Below are positions 38,942-52,780 of a stretch of 64,000 nucleotides of DNA, in pieces. Position 1 is the first letter of the stretch. The number at the start of each line of letters is the position of its first letter. The stretch is from the NCBI GenBank assembly GCA_025201805.1, contig MU619345.1:1-64000 (forward strand), in the 5' to 3' direction. The stretch comes from Parasitella parasitica NRRL 2501. Taxonomy: Eukaryota > Fungi > Mucoromycota. Position numbers and translations under genes: made by a program. The notes beneath the pieces were generated by a model. That model was not told the DNA's origin. It saw only the letters and a program-made list of their open reading frames with translations, and did no database searches.

Positions 38942-41027
38942 AATAAATTAAATCGAGTACAAAGGTTTGCTTTTTCATCCTTTAGAGACACAGTATCGGC
39001 CCTCACGTAGGACCATCCAGTATGAGCTATGTCTGTGCGATTTGATAACTTATTTGATTACTCCAAGAATCTTTAAATATCATCAAATATGGCAAATGTG
39101 CACCAATTATTATACCACTGTCGAGTTCAGACTGACAACATTATAGGGAAAAATTGAACACGCGCTTCGACATTCAGTTGTGTGCAAGCATCAATGACAA
39201 CACTTGCTCAACAGCAGCTTTCCTTGACCTAAAGAATAAGGAGAGTGTACCAGTTGATAAACAACTGCCTTCTTTTTTAACATTTTGGAAATTAACCAGC
39301 AAAAAAATAAGGTATCTTTTTTTAGTTGTTAGTTGATGTAAAAATGTAGTAATACCGTTGAAAGTAACGAGTTTGGTTATTAGTTCAAATGTGAGTGTTG
39401 GGGGGGGGGCACTGTCTGCTTTTTACTTTTGCGTTTCTTTTGTTTGTGTCAATTATTAACGATGATTTGCACTTTTTTACTAGAATGCTTGGTACCTAGA
39501 GTGTTTGACCCCAAGGATGCAGAACTCGTAACACCAAAGAAGAATCCTTTGTGCTTTGGTTCCCCGTAGCCTTAAAAAGAGGGAAATAGTGATATCAGAT
39601 ACAAACATGGTTATGGAATTAGGAATTAGACGTACCATTCAGCTGTTCATCTTACGCAATGAAGGAAGAAGTACTTGGTCAGCCTTTGTTTCTGACCATC
39701 CAAAGGTCTCCAATACAAAGATTCGAAGAGAGTCTAGTTGAGGCTGGTCCCAAACAAACTTCTGCGCAGAATCATCTGCATCAAGATGATGACAGGCAGG
39801 GATAATTAAAATTATTTGATAAATCTAGCGCATCGTATCTTTTTCTCTGCGCATTAAAGAAAATATCAAGTTGTTATAAAACACAATTTCATGCTTGCAG
39901 AAGATTTACTAACTTAAAATCTTGGAATCAAAATCATACACTGCGCGTCTGATCTTAATTCTACAGACATTATAACTATGTAATGTGTTTATGGATTATC
40001 AAAACGACAAAAGGAAGAAAAATTCAGTCCTGAAGTTTTCACATCAAATATCCACCATGTCAGCCATAGGAACAAGCACTAAAATAGGTATGCTTGATAA
40101 TATTATGGTTGATTTATTCACAAAAAGTAGGCCTGTAAAATATTATTCTTTTGTAGGGACAATTTTAACACCTTGGTAATTTCGTTCTGACCGTCAATAA
40201 CGCTATACCTGATTTAACAAGCACCATATTTGCTCAGATGGCCAATACTTGGCAAATACATGTTTAGAGTAAGGTGCATCAACTGCTACAATTACATCAT
40301 ACACCGTCAAGGGGCCGTGACAATCGCGAATATACATAATTGTGTCTTCTTATAGTCAAACATTGTCGTGCAAGTGAATTTAACAGAGGTAATTTTGATG
40401 CACTATACTGAAGACAACTAGAAAAGCTATGAGATTTAGTGAGCAAGTATGAGTTTATTCGAGTTTCTGACTCACTCACGTTGCTGCTGCTTGCGTTTGT
40501 AAGAATATCATTAATCTGTACATTATTTTAACATCTAGATTCTCTCTTTTCTTGCAACTCCTTATAGCTGGCTCTTTTGCCATCACTGCGGAATAACATG
40601 TCGACTGTGCCTTCGCATAGAAACTATAAAAATTGTATCGAAGGATACAAGGGGAGCTGCTGTATTGTAGATTGTAGGCGTATAATTTGCTTTAAGGAGC
40701 CAAGGTCAGAAACTGTGAGCAAGATTAGTCGCAGCAACTTATACCCGTGGTGCATACGTTGGTCATTATTAGCCCATATTCAAAACGGTTATGCGTACTT
40801 TTTGAAGCAAAATCACAGTGGCCAAGACTCATCAAATATGAACATCATCATAAAACATTGTTGAATGTTTGATTGGTATTAAGTTTTCCCATGGTTACTT
40901 TCAATTGTATATACGATATGAGATGTGTGTTACTCCGCCTCTCAAATTTCCTTTTTTCTTTCATCTTCCCTACATTTATTTTTGGTTCCTGTTCTGTATT
41001 CCTGCACTTGCACAGACAGGTAAAAGC

Positions 41028-42276
41028 ATGCCATTTTCTTTCGCTCGGTCGACAGCTACACAGCATACAAAAATCCCCTCAAATTCTCTGATCAAGAGGT
41101 AAAAAAATAAAATAAAATAAAAGAGCAGTAAAGCAAACCACAATTCATCTCAAAGCACAATGCAGTCGTATTAGTTGCATAGAGGATTCTACACAAGATC
41201 AAATAATTACTGAACCAAAATTTCCACTAAAAAAATACAATTATGTGCAAGGACGAAACTACAGAACGTCCAAGAAACCAAACGAACAGTTTCTGCCTTG
41301 TGATGACGAGGAAACTGAGCGACTCCAAGTGAATCATCTGTTGTTCAAGTAAATTTCGAGGAATGGATACGGAGTTTCGCAGGTTAAACTGACATCCTAT
41401 TACGTGTAGATCTCTGTTTGTCACCCAATACTTTTCCCCTGTAGGAGAACTATTAAAATCAGGAATTAAAGTGCTGGATGTATCGTAAGTCGAACTATTT
41501 ATGGTTGCATTATAATTCACATATGTAACAAACATACTGCTTGATTAGAACTGGGCCTGGTTGGTGGCTGACGGCAAGTACATTGTATATATTTCATGAA
41601 ACTTGGCATGGCATTTTTAATCATCTTTTTGCAGGACATGGCTAGGAAATTCCCCAGATCGCATTTTACAGGGTCTGATGTCATGATATATCCAATCAGT
41701 CCGCCACCTACAAACTGTCATTTTCGAGTAATCGATATAGTTAAAGGGTTGCCTTTTGCGAACGATACATTTGATTTTGTGACACAGCATGATTGTCTAC
41801 TTCGTTACAGTCAAAAAGACTGGGAAATTGTCTTACCAGAGCTAATCCGAGTATTAAAACCAGGTGGATACGTAGAATTAGTAGAGCCAGCCGGAGCTAT
41901 ACAAGATACTGGACCTAACATGTCAATTTGGATGATGCGGTTGACAGTTTCTTTACAAAGCAGAGATATCAATATCAAAATTGCATCGCAGTTGGACAGT
42001 ATGCTGGAGGCCATTGGAAAATTAGACAAGATTGAAGCCTCTCACCATTCAGCACCTGTAGGATGGTATGGCAAGCATGGGGATATCATGTTGGAAGCTA
42101 TCGAAAGACTCTTTGATGCAACCAAACCAAAACTGTGCGAGGATTGGTCAATGAGCAGCCCAAAATACGACAAGATTGTCCAGGCAGCATCAGCAGAATG
42201 CCGAGATTTTAAAAGCTGGCTAAATATTCATTATACCTTTGGGCGAAAAGCACGGAAAAATAAAGAAATTACATGA
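41028..42276 (+). CDS. Class I SAM-dependent methyltransferase (LaeA/UMTA-like fungal family)
   Basis: FLPCDDEETERLQVNHLLFK; KVLDVS|TGPGWW motif I; GLPFANDTFDFV; ELIRVLKPGGYVELVE. Has a 25-nt micro-exon and a GC-AG intron. Confidence 0.85.
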
Positions 42277-42645
42277 ACTTTTATTGCAAAAGGGAGAAGC
42301 TAGTTTTATTTTTGTCAGGTGCAATGTGCAGATGTTCTAAAGAAAAAAGCAAATAGCAAAAGCAAAAAGAAAGAAAAAAATGAAGAGTAAGAAGCAGCAA
42401 AAGATTAGTTTATACTTAACTTTTCTTCTTTTTTTTTCCCTTGTAAAGCTCCTAAATATATACAAAATGTGCAATTCTTTTCTGTCATCCTTGAGTCTTT
42501 CATCTTTTCTTTCTTTTTCTACGCTAGTGTTATATGAAAATGGATACCTAATATTTACTTTTTTTTTTGAGGTGTTTTGTGATGTTATTGTTGTACAGGA
42601 AACGAATAAGAGAAGCAATTCGCTTCAAGCTACAAGACAATGGTG

Positions 42646-44685
42646 TTACACCGTAGATGCCATGGCAATTGGTGTTGCTTGTTCGTTCGAATTTGTCGGT
42701 ACAGGAATTGGAGTTGTAGCTATAAGTGTACTGGTCTTTGCTTTTTTGTTGATGTTAGGGGATGATGGTTTGATGGCAGTTGGTTGCAATACAGGTGATG
42801 GCGACTACAAGAGAAATATAGAAACATACGCTTGAGTAAGATGGCTCCAAAGCCTATCGAATTGTTAGTCTTTACCTTGGATAGTGCTCTTTTTGACAAA
42901 GCAGCATCTTTTTCGGGAAACACTCCTGCGGGTAAATCTGATCTTCTGACATTCTCAACAACAATTCCCATATGATTTCGATTGAATTCAGGCCAACATT
43001 TTAGCATGTGCGTAAAATCGTAAATTGGCCTTGTCAAATCCAACGTTCGAGGATAGTCTGCCCTCATTCGAATATACAGCCCAATGTAGAACACTTTGGT
43101 AAACACCTTGACTGGTTTCTTTTTGCTACCCTTGCTTTGTGAAATGATCTGTCCATGCGTTACATCATAGATATCTTGCGAGCTATGACATTTGTGTTCG
43201 TATTTGAAGCCTTTGACAAAGGGGTGCACTAGAGCAATCACCGGCACTGCCTCGAGCTTGATGACCAGCTGTCTCAGCTTTGCTTCGACAAGTCCAGACC
43301 ATGACAAGTATCTATCATGCGTATCACCACTTACAACCACTTGCAAATAGTATTTGTAGTTGTCGAAAAATGTATGAGATTGAAATAAGGCGGACCAAGG
43401 TAGCTGATTGGCCATGATCTTGTCTACTGTTTGGGCTGCAATGTTAAATTCGCCCAGAATAATGCGCTGTGTGGATGCCGTTACGTTATGGGTGGCACAC
43501 ATGCTGGGGTAAGAGGGCGTGATTACTGGCATACGATGGGTTCTGTCAACTGCATTTGTTTTAGCATTCCAAGGCCTTAGTGATGAACTGATGGGAGGGC
43601 CGTCTTCTATTGGCTTTAAAATGACAGGTGATGGCCAATTCCATTGAGTCAGAATGCGAAAGAATTTGCTGATGATGACACTTGCACAGGCATTAGGATA
43701 CAGTTGACAAATGCGAGCAACTAGGATCGCCCAAGCAACACCGCCCAAGAATCCCATAACATTGGAATAAACGGCTTTTTTCATTGCCCACAATTTGATG
43801 CATCGAAGAGCAATTCTAAACGTATTGACATTGGGTACTAGACGTATGATATCGTCAGCAACTCTTGTACCATTGATACTACGAATACATCTATCATCCA
43901 AGTCTTGAAGGATCGACGAGTCTTTTAGACTGGTGCTGGGAGATACGCTAGGTACATTTAGTCTAGCACAAACAAAGTCAATCTAGGCAGAACAAAGAAA
44001 TTTTTAGTAATAACGCAAACCGCAAAAGGACTATTGCCTACTGGAATATCATTAAACTTGAATTTTATCACCGGTACAAATGAATCTGGCACAGCCTGTT
44101 TTCAACGTTTGAATGAATAAACAAACATCTGCATGCAGGATAACAAAAGGAGCTTACAGTAATATGTGTGATTTCAGGTGTCTTTCTTAATAAAGAAAGC
44201 ATTTCTTGAAAGAAGTCGCTCCTAAATACGACGTTTGGTACCACACATAATGTGTCAATATCAGCGTCTGCACAAGAATTAGCGTAATTTATAAGCTGAT
44301 TTCTTTGTTGACGTTATATTTGGATATTTTACCAGCAGAATTGACTCCTAATTTATAACTTCCATAGGTAAAAACTGCCCCTCCAGCGTTCTTGGAGGTC
44401 TCTATTGGCACTTTTCGCCGTTCACACACATTCAGCACGAATTTATGGGTGATGTCTTGTAGACATTTCAGAGCATTTTCTCTGTTGAAAGCGCTAGATA
44501 AATACATGGCAGAACATCCATGTTTCAGCGAGTGTTTAAACATACCTTTCTCGAGCGCCTTCTGGGCTATCGTACATCCCAAATTTTTCCAGCATCTTTT
44601 CTAATGCTGATGTTAATGCTAAATCCTGTGAATTTGGCATTGCCAATGATAATGGTGCTGTTACACCTGGATATGATTCACTCAT
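42646..44685 (-). CDS. PAP1: Canonical poly(A) polymerase
   Basis: YPGVTAPLSLAMP; FTYGSYKLGVNSA|DADIDTLCVVP; RSINGTRVADDI; YSNVMGFLGGVAWA; HRMPVITPSYPSMCATHNV; last exon ends AMASTV* at 42646. Confidence 0.96.
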
Positions 44686-44914
44686 AGCAAACAAAAAAAA
44701 AAGTTGATGTAACTCAGAGAGAGAGAAAAAAAGAATAAAAGAAGGAAAAAATCGTTGATGTAAGGCAAGCCCAAGATCTGGTTGGAGTGTTAGGATCATC
44801 GTCTTCTCTCAAGTCACAGGAAAGCGCATTTCCATCTATAGACACCACCGACCCAAACACTAGAAAGATTTTTTGCTCTTTTCTTTCTGCAAAAACCAAC
44901 CGATAGCTTTCAAC

Positions 44915-46009
44915 ATGACAGACAAACTTCCACCCAATTTGCTAAAGTTGTTTGCTCCCCGCCCTCCTTTGGCCTATGTCCCACCTCTTGATAAAGACCC
45001 TGAGAAGCGTGTGGGATGTATCGTAGATGGTATCGCGTCTCACGTCAATGAACTCAAAAATTATGATAGTGATTACGTTCCCTGGAAGTCTTTGGAGGAA
45101 AAGCGAAAAGAAAAGGTAGCGCATAACATCCATTTCCGGCTGATTTTTTTTAACATGAATGGATTTGTAGGCAGAGATGAAGAGAAAGAAAGCTGAAGAA
45201 GCTTTACAAGAAGCTTTAGCAAAATGTAAGTATAGCTTTAAATTTCCACTAGGGGTGATGAACTAACATCAACATTTGACATGACAGATGACCCTGAACA
45301 GGACGAAAATATTGATGGCGATCCATTCAATACATTATTCGTTACTCACTTGAGCCCTGAATTGACAGAGTCTGACCTTACTAGTGAATTTGAATTATAC
45401 GGCCAGATCAAAAAGGTGCGAATGCATTGTTGCCTAGCAACCAAAGCTAACATATATCTTGTTTGATTATTAGGTTCGTCTTATTCGCGATAAAGAAGAA
45501 AAGTCTCGTTGTTATGCATTCATAGAGTTTGAAAGAGAGAAGGACATGCGTGGTAAATATTGAGATGATCAATACACGTACGCTAAACTAAATATTCTCA
45601 AACAGCGGCTTATAAGGATGCAGATGGTTTGAAGATCTTGGGACGCCGTATTTTGGTAGATGTTGAGCGTGCTCGCACCGTGAAAGGCTGGAAACCTCGT
45701 AGATTAGGTGGTGGTCTTGGAGGCAGAGTCCAACAGAGATCGTCATCATCTCATTCAATGAGCAACCGTCATAGCAGCCGTGATCGTTCATCTTACAATG
45801 ACCGAGATAGATACAGAGGCGGTGGCGGCAGCAATTATGGAGGTGGATATAATAGAAGAGATGATGATAGAAAAAGATCACGCATGCGTTCACGAAGCAG
45901 AAGTCCAAAAGGATACAAGGACAGAGTTGATCGATACGGTAATCGTGGCGGTGGTAGAGATAAATCAAGAGACCGTATGGGTAGTAGCGGCAGAAAAGAT
46001 AGATACTAA
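44915..46009 (+). CDS. SNP1: U1 snRNP 70 kDa protein
   Basis: [19 protein letters not shown]; [13 protein letters not shown]; [11 protein letters not shown]; [27 protein letters not shown]; RS/RD-rich tail. Confidence 0.96.
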
Positions 46010-46456
46010 TTCGCCTTCTTGATGATATCACAAGTATACATCTATATATATATATATATTTCCACTTTCTTTCCCTATAAAAAAAATCTTGATTATATTA
46101 ACTGTATACGTTTTTGTTATTATTATTATCATTATCATTATTATTATTCTTGTTATTATTTAAAATAGTATGGTAACATGTGTATTTCAAGGATTTGCTG
46201 CTGGAAAAAATTATACAGCCAACTGCTACTTTGGACTATCAATGTGCGTTTGTATGCGTAACATGTATATACCGTTTATAAGCATCAACATTGCTCATTC
46301 AAATTTGTGTCGTACATCATATGTGAAATTGGAGCATCGCTTGTAACACACAATCAAATAAAACTAATACTCTTCTCCGAAATACATGTTGTGAATTTCC
46401 CTCTCTTTTTTTTTTGTTTTTGCCTTTTCATTGTTATATTCCATATACTAATCAAG

Positions 46457-49002
46457 ATGACGGAAGCAGTAATAGAGAGACAAGAACCAAAAATTGAAAA
46501 AATCACAAATATTTTAAAAGACGAATTCCAACTGACATCTCAAATTGATCGGGAAAACCAAAAGAAAAAGTTCATTCCACATAAACCCACTGAGGAAGAG
46601 ACTAACAGAATCAAAGCGGCAGATCCAGGAAGATTTGGTGCTAATTTGATTCAGATTAAGAAGAAACAAACAGCTCTAAACCAACTTACTCCAAGAGAAC
46701 AGGAGAGAGAAGGTGAGGTTTATGTATATTCATGGGAGAAGCAAACCAAAAATTAACATGTAGTTTTTGCTACAGACGAATCAGTAATCAGAGGGTTAAG
46801 CCATCTATTTGATAACCAATTCATGGCGGCAAAGACCATCTTTGAGGAAAAGGCAGACTAGTAAGCATTCTATAACAATGACAGCATATATATGTTTATA
46901 TATGATCATTCTTTAATGTACGAGGCATTAGTGACCCATTGAGCGCTCTGGCCCTTAGTTCAATGGCCTTTTTAAAAGGTAATTACGTTTGGTATTAATA
47001 GGAGATCAGTTTAAATAACACCCTCTTTTCTCACACAAACAAAAAGCTGTCATGGTAAGGCGCAAGAGATGTAGCACAAGGATATTGACGTTTATTTATG
47101 CTAAAACATGTATGTAGACCTCAACAGATCAAGACCAAGCGATGGCATTGAATGCATTAAATGAAACTTATGATATCGCAAACACTCAGTTAGAAGCGGC
47201 CAAAAAATCTTCCAAAATATCTGGTTATTTTTCTGGATATTATAATTACTTGAAAAGGAAAGATGATACTACTGCTACTGCTACTACGACTGCAGCTGTT
47301 CATCCTTCAGCAAACTATCCACCCAACAGCGTCTTGCGTGCGCATGTTCTGAAGGCAGAGTGCTGTCTACAAATTGCTATTCTACAATTGTTGCAGGAAT
47401 CGGTCATGGGCTATGTCAAATGCGGTTTGAATTTAAGAAGAGGTAAAGGTGTAGATCAAAAAAAACCAGAATGTGGAAGACTAACAAGGCGTTCTTTCCC
47501 AATCTCAGCTTATTCATCCTATAGCTATGTATGGTCAGAGTACCAGAAGATGGGTGCAGACCATTTAGCATTTATGGATTCAGATACAATTTCAGGTGTG
47601 CAGTTTGGGTAGGCATATATGGCTTAATTTATATGAGATCACACAAAACTCACGGCAATACCTAGTATTGGATCTGTCCATTTGGTGTTATCTGCACTAC
47701 CAGCAAAAATTCTGAGAGCGATCTCGGCATTTGGTTGGCAACCAAACAAGAAGTACGGCTTTGTGTTGCTAAATGAATGCCGTCAGAGTAAACGAGTGAG
47801 GTCCTCCATGGCCACCATCATGCTATTAGCCTATTATACAACTGCTATATCCTTTGCTCCGCAGATCATGACAGATACGTACAAGAAAGCTGCTATGGAT
47901 GTAAGATTTTGCGTTATTGCATTTGCCCGACACTAACAATAGCATTTGGATATTGTACGTGTAACAGACACTATTAGATGCGCAAAAGTATCACCCTAAT
48001 TCTGCTGTGTTTCTCTTTTTTGCAGGTCGCATGGCGCGTAATGGATTAGATTTGCCTTTATCTACGCAATCGTTTTTGTACGCAGCTGAAATCAGCCGTG
48101 GTGAATGGGCAGAAGTAGCCGTGACAAACTCATGTCGATTCGAGATGGCTGTAAATCACATGTTGACTGGAAATTGGAGCCATGCTGCTGCTACATTTGA
48201 ATATTTGTATAAACAACAATATTGGTCTGCTGCTTTCTGTAGGTACGCCCAAGGCGCTTGCCATGAAATGATGAGTGAACGCACGGAAGCAATCTTGATT
48301 TTTGCAGAGGTACCTCAATTGGTTGTCAAGAAGCTTGGCGGTCGACTATCAGACATTGATTCTTATGTTCTGCGTAAAATCATCATGTTCCAGAAAAGTG
48401 GCTACCAAAACTTGGATTTTTATGCCCCCATTCTTGAATTCATGTGTATTTGGAACCTGTTTCCGTACGCTAGTCCTGAGCTACTGACCCAAGCGTTGGA
48501 TCGTGTTCAACTAGGATTGACAGCTATACAAAGATGTGAAAATCGGGAGCAGGAGCAAAGAATGAAGGAATTGGCGCCAGATGCTCCTGTGCCTGATTAC
48601 TTTGATGAAAGAGCCTCGTTATTAGTAGTCAAGGCATCTATCCTAAACGTACTTGGCAGGCCAGCAGACACCACTTTGGATATCAACTGGATTTTGGACC
48701 ACAAGGAATGCATTTCACAAGATAATTGGACGATTCCTTACGCCTTATGGGAGGCAGGCGTTTCTTGCTGGTCCTCCGATCGCAAAAGCAAAAGTCGACA
48801 AGTATGGGAAATGGCCTTGGCCCATGGGAAGCACGATTTTGAACATAGGCTGGCCGTGCGTCTTAATTTAGCATTAACGCACGCGGAAGATTTGGGATTT
48901 ACAGAGTCTAACATTGAGGTTATTGACGATAAAATTCGATTATCTGCAGTGGCATTAGATCAGTCTCCCACAACTGAAGCCATTATGTCTTCCTCTTCCT
49001 GA
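46457..49002 (+). CDS. Iml2/TTC39 (DUF3808) TPR-family protein, multi-exon
   Basis: GLSHLFDNQFMAAK; KAECCLQIAILQLLQES..VKCGLNLRRAY; SGVQFGIGSVHLVLSALP; WSAAFCRYAQG; HDFEHRL. Has an 8-nt micro-exon at 47047-47054. Confidence 0.82.
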
Positions 49003-49056
49003 ATCGTTATTCTTATATTGTTTTTATTTTATAAATCTATTTATACACGAATCTAC

Positions 49057-49771
49057 TTAGAATTCACTGGTTTGACCTGCTCTCAAAGCTCTTTCTTCGA
49101 GGTACAATCCCTTTTGAGTCCATTTCTTGCTTTGAAGCGACTGCAGCACATTGTTCATGTTTGATCTAGCAGCTCTTTCCTTCTCTTCTTGTTTTGCTCG
49201 GATTTCATAAAATTCTGATGTTGCTTTGGCGTAAGCCTTTCTTTCAGGCATTTTTTCATGAGTCATTAAATATAATTGATATTTGATTACACTACAAGTA
49301 AAAGAATTAGCATCATGCCAATAATAACAAGAGCCACACTTACGCCTCGCCATCAATTTGAGAGGGATGCATGCCATCCAACATGAGTTTACTGAAATCA
49401 GTACGATTAATACCCAAATCGTTTTCTACTAGAACCTTTGGTCTAGATAGCTCAAAGGGATGATCCTTGAAAAATTGTCTTCTAAGCTTGTCTTCAGGAT
49501 AAACGATAGCACGAGGTCTAGGTGGAGGCGTACGTAAATGTTTTTCAGAATGACGAAGACGGTGAGTTTGACGAGGTTTAGATAACAAGCTTTGTTCTGC
49601 TTCTGTTTGACCTGAAAGATTGACCTCAGGGTTCTGAGAACGGATGATACTGGGTCCAGGGGGGATAGTTTGGACTACTGAAAGCCATACTGGCGGCTTT
49701 TTCATTAGCTTTCCTTTCAGCATGTTGGATACATGCTTTGCAAGTCCTGTGGGTGGTGCACGGAAAGCCAT
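49057..49771 (-). CDS. RSM25: Mitochondrial ribosomal protein mS23
   Basis: PPVWLSVVQTIPP; IVYPEDKLRRQFFKDHPFELSRPKVLVE; DGE|SVIKYQLYLM; AYAKATSEFY; 1 intron. Confidence 0.88.
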
Positions 49772-51105
49772 TGTGGTGTTTGAGAAAGAGAAATAGATAC
49801 GTCAAAGAATCAAATTTTTCTGGCCTTTGTTCTCTTCACACCCCCCTAGTAATAAAGCCATTCCGACCACACATTATGGCTATTTTTTTAAGAAACCGAT
49901 GAAAACCAGCTTTGGCACCGGGATTTTTTCGCTACCCACCTTTGAAATTGAAATGATTAACATGAAACCCGTGCACATTCTATTTCAGCTGCAACAACGG
50001 CTGTTTTTACTCCCTTCCTTCTCAAATCATACACCATAAAAAACATTGTACAACGCCATGCTCTCCCTAGCTTATCACTAGATGTACTCTCACTGCCTAA
50101 TGCCTCTCGTTCATACACAAAGATGCAAACAATCGTATTTTGTTTAATCGTGATTTCGCGCAGATTCGACACGTTCCTTAATGGCAATTTTTTATAATAT
50201 TAAATCGCAAATATACTTACAAGAGCACGTTTCGAGAAACGTGTGGTAATTCAAAAATTTTACACTAATCTGATGGCTTGAATATGAAGATCGTACATGT
50301 CTATATAAGAGCTACGTATTTCTAGTCATTGCGTTTATTTGTATCAATACCAGCATGTAAAGCTTGTATATAGGCACAGAAAGCAACTCTGCATTAGAAA
50401 ACATACTTGCAGGTGTTTTCTTCCAATATCAAAGAAAGTGAATTGCGAATAGTGTATAATGCTGTATATATGAAAAAGGTACTACGCATGTCATATCTCT
50501 CGGCCTGACGCAATATTTTAAACCATACAATTCTATTCTGGTGTAAAAATCACATAATTATTTTCACTAGCAAAAGGAATAAGGCAGTATTGTAGCTTTT
50601 AATAACATTAAGCAGTTATCATTGGCATTCAATTAATCCAAATTTTTTTTCTTTTTGCTTATTTGCTTATTTGTTTGAGCTGTCAGATGGTAACTTTCAA
50701 AAAAGGTCATCTATTGGGTTATTTCCAAAAGAGAATGTACTGATTTAGTATGGAGCCAGAGAAAATTTTTAATACTGCGTATTAAATTTAAGTATTCCAT
50801 TTTTTCTAATTAGGCATTGGTGAATATAAATCGAAAAAAAAAAGCAAAAGTGGGATAAATTGCATTTGTAGAAACTTGAAGAACAAAAAATTGTTGCAAT
50901 TCGAATATCCTAGATTTAAAGGAGGGCCGTGGTGTTCAGTTAAAGTTGGATCGATACAAAATTTTCGTGTGATGGGAAGGTTTGTTGTCATTTTCACCCC
51001 TGATAGTCTTGATAATAGAACAAACAAAAAGGCAAAGAGTCTATAAAATACCCAAGAGTAAAATCAAGAATATGTCTGATGAAATCACTCATAACAAACT
51101 GAAAA

Positions 51106-51162
51106 GAAAAAAAAAATAAAGAAAAAAAAAAAAAAATAAAAAAAAAAAAAAAAAAAATAGCT

Positions 51163-51197
<35 letters not shown>
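51106..51197. repeat. Interrupted poly(A) tract of about 90 nt
   Basis: Read directly from the sequence. Confidence 0.85.
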
Positions 51198-51199
<2 letters not shown>

Positions 51200-51591
51200 A
51201 CCATTTAATTCAAAATGAGCATTGTTTTATTTGAATTCCAAAATTGACTAGCATATAATAATAAGGTTGGTGGCGTTGAGTTGATTTCATCATAAACATC
51301 ATTATAATTCATACATGCATATAAAAAGTGAAAAAAAGAAAGAAAGAATATGTCATATTTGCGTTGCAGAATGGAGCATCAAGTATTATATATAATGAAA
51401 CGGAAAAAGAATAAAATATAACAATAGGTACATATATATATGTATAGAGTGGCTATATACTATGGTATAATGAATGCAACGTCTAGTTTATGCAATTTGG
51501 AGAAAGAAGGAATATAGAAGATATTATTGTTAAGAAAACCAAGAGGAGGAAAAAGTGTCATATTGCAATTAACAAACACATTTGATATGCT

Positions 51592-52113
51592 TCAGCAATG
51601 CGGCGCTACCACAGTAGATCGAACTTTTCTTTTATGGATAAATTGTTGAACTTGACCATCCTTTGAGCATGTAGGGTCTGACTGAAAATGACGACCTCTT
51701 GCATCTGATCTTGCAAATGCTTTTTGACAGCAAGGACAATGATATGGCTTGATGCCTGTATGAACACGCACATGACGCTCTAAATCGTGTCGTCTTGAAA
51801 ACGCACGAGTACAATACAGACATTTATGAGGTCTTTCTTCGTCCGCTGGTAGCAAATCAAAAAAGATGGGCTTCTCCTCTGTGGGCGAGAATGAGGCTTG
51901 ACTACTGCCGCTGCTTATGCTTGTGGAGGGTGATGTAGTCATCCAATTGGGGGAATTTGGAGCGGCATAGAAACGAGAAGACACACGATAAGATTCATCA
52001 GACAAAAGAATAGCGATATCATCCCATAGTAATACCAAATTAGTAGTATCTACAGTAGGCTTGATTTGATTTAAATCAATGGGATTATTTAATAATTCGT
52101 ATAAAGATGTCAT
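51592..52113 (-). CDS. C2H2 zinc-finger transcription factor (two fingers, intronless)
   Basis: ERPHKCLYCTRAFSRRHDLERHVRVHTGIKPYHCPCCQKAFARSDARGRH; GA-rich region upstream. Confidence 0.88.
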   Translation of the reverse strand: MTSLYELLNNPIDLNQIKPTVDTTNLVLLWDDIAILLSDESYRVSSRFYAAPNSPNWMTTSPSTSISSGSSQASFSPTEEKPIFFDLLPADEERPHKCLYCTRAFSRRHDLERHVRVHTGIKPYHCPCCQKAFARSDARGRHFQSDPTCSKDGQVQQFIHKRKVRSTVVAPHC

Positions 52114-52780
52114 TGATGGTGATTATGTAATAATTTTGATGTGATTTGAGAGAAAGAAAAAAAAAAGATGAAGGTCAAAAAGCTTACCTTTTATACTGGC
52201 TGAATTATTAGGCGTCGATGGGGAAAGAGGAGAAGACGAGGAAGGAGTAGGAGACGAGATACGCACACGCTTCTAATAAAAGAGCAAGAGAGAGAGCATT
52301 TGTAAGAGACACAGGCGGACAAATAGGCACAGAGAGAGAAAGAGAGAGACATACAATTGACCGATGATTTTGATGGTTTGCTGTATTAGTCTAAAATTCA
52401 GGGTTAGCAGGCACATGAAAGCCTAAATAGAATAAACTTTCCGCTGAAAGAGAGGTGCACCCCCAAAGTTGTGGTATTATAAATTTGGTGAATATAATTA
52501 AAGATATGCTCCCACCTTGGTTGCATTCTCTCCTTCTCCCCTGGCGTTACACATGTGACAAGACAAACCCTCTTTTGTGTGGTATTTGTGTGTACGAGAG
52601 AGTGTGTGTGTGTGGATTCATTATCATGGTCTCAGGTGGTTCCATTGTGATATAAGCTATGGATTCTGAGTTGATTGTTAGTTCATGAGCCTTTTAATTT
52701 GGCTTTCTTTCTTCTTTTTTTTTTTTGTTTTTTTTCTTGTCTTTTCATTTCTTTCGCCCTTTAATATCATCAGAAACGCA

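Noticed and set aside
39000-40860. Transposon in the gene-free interval
   Set aside because: No recognisable transposase or reverse transcriptase motifs, TIRs or LTRs.
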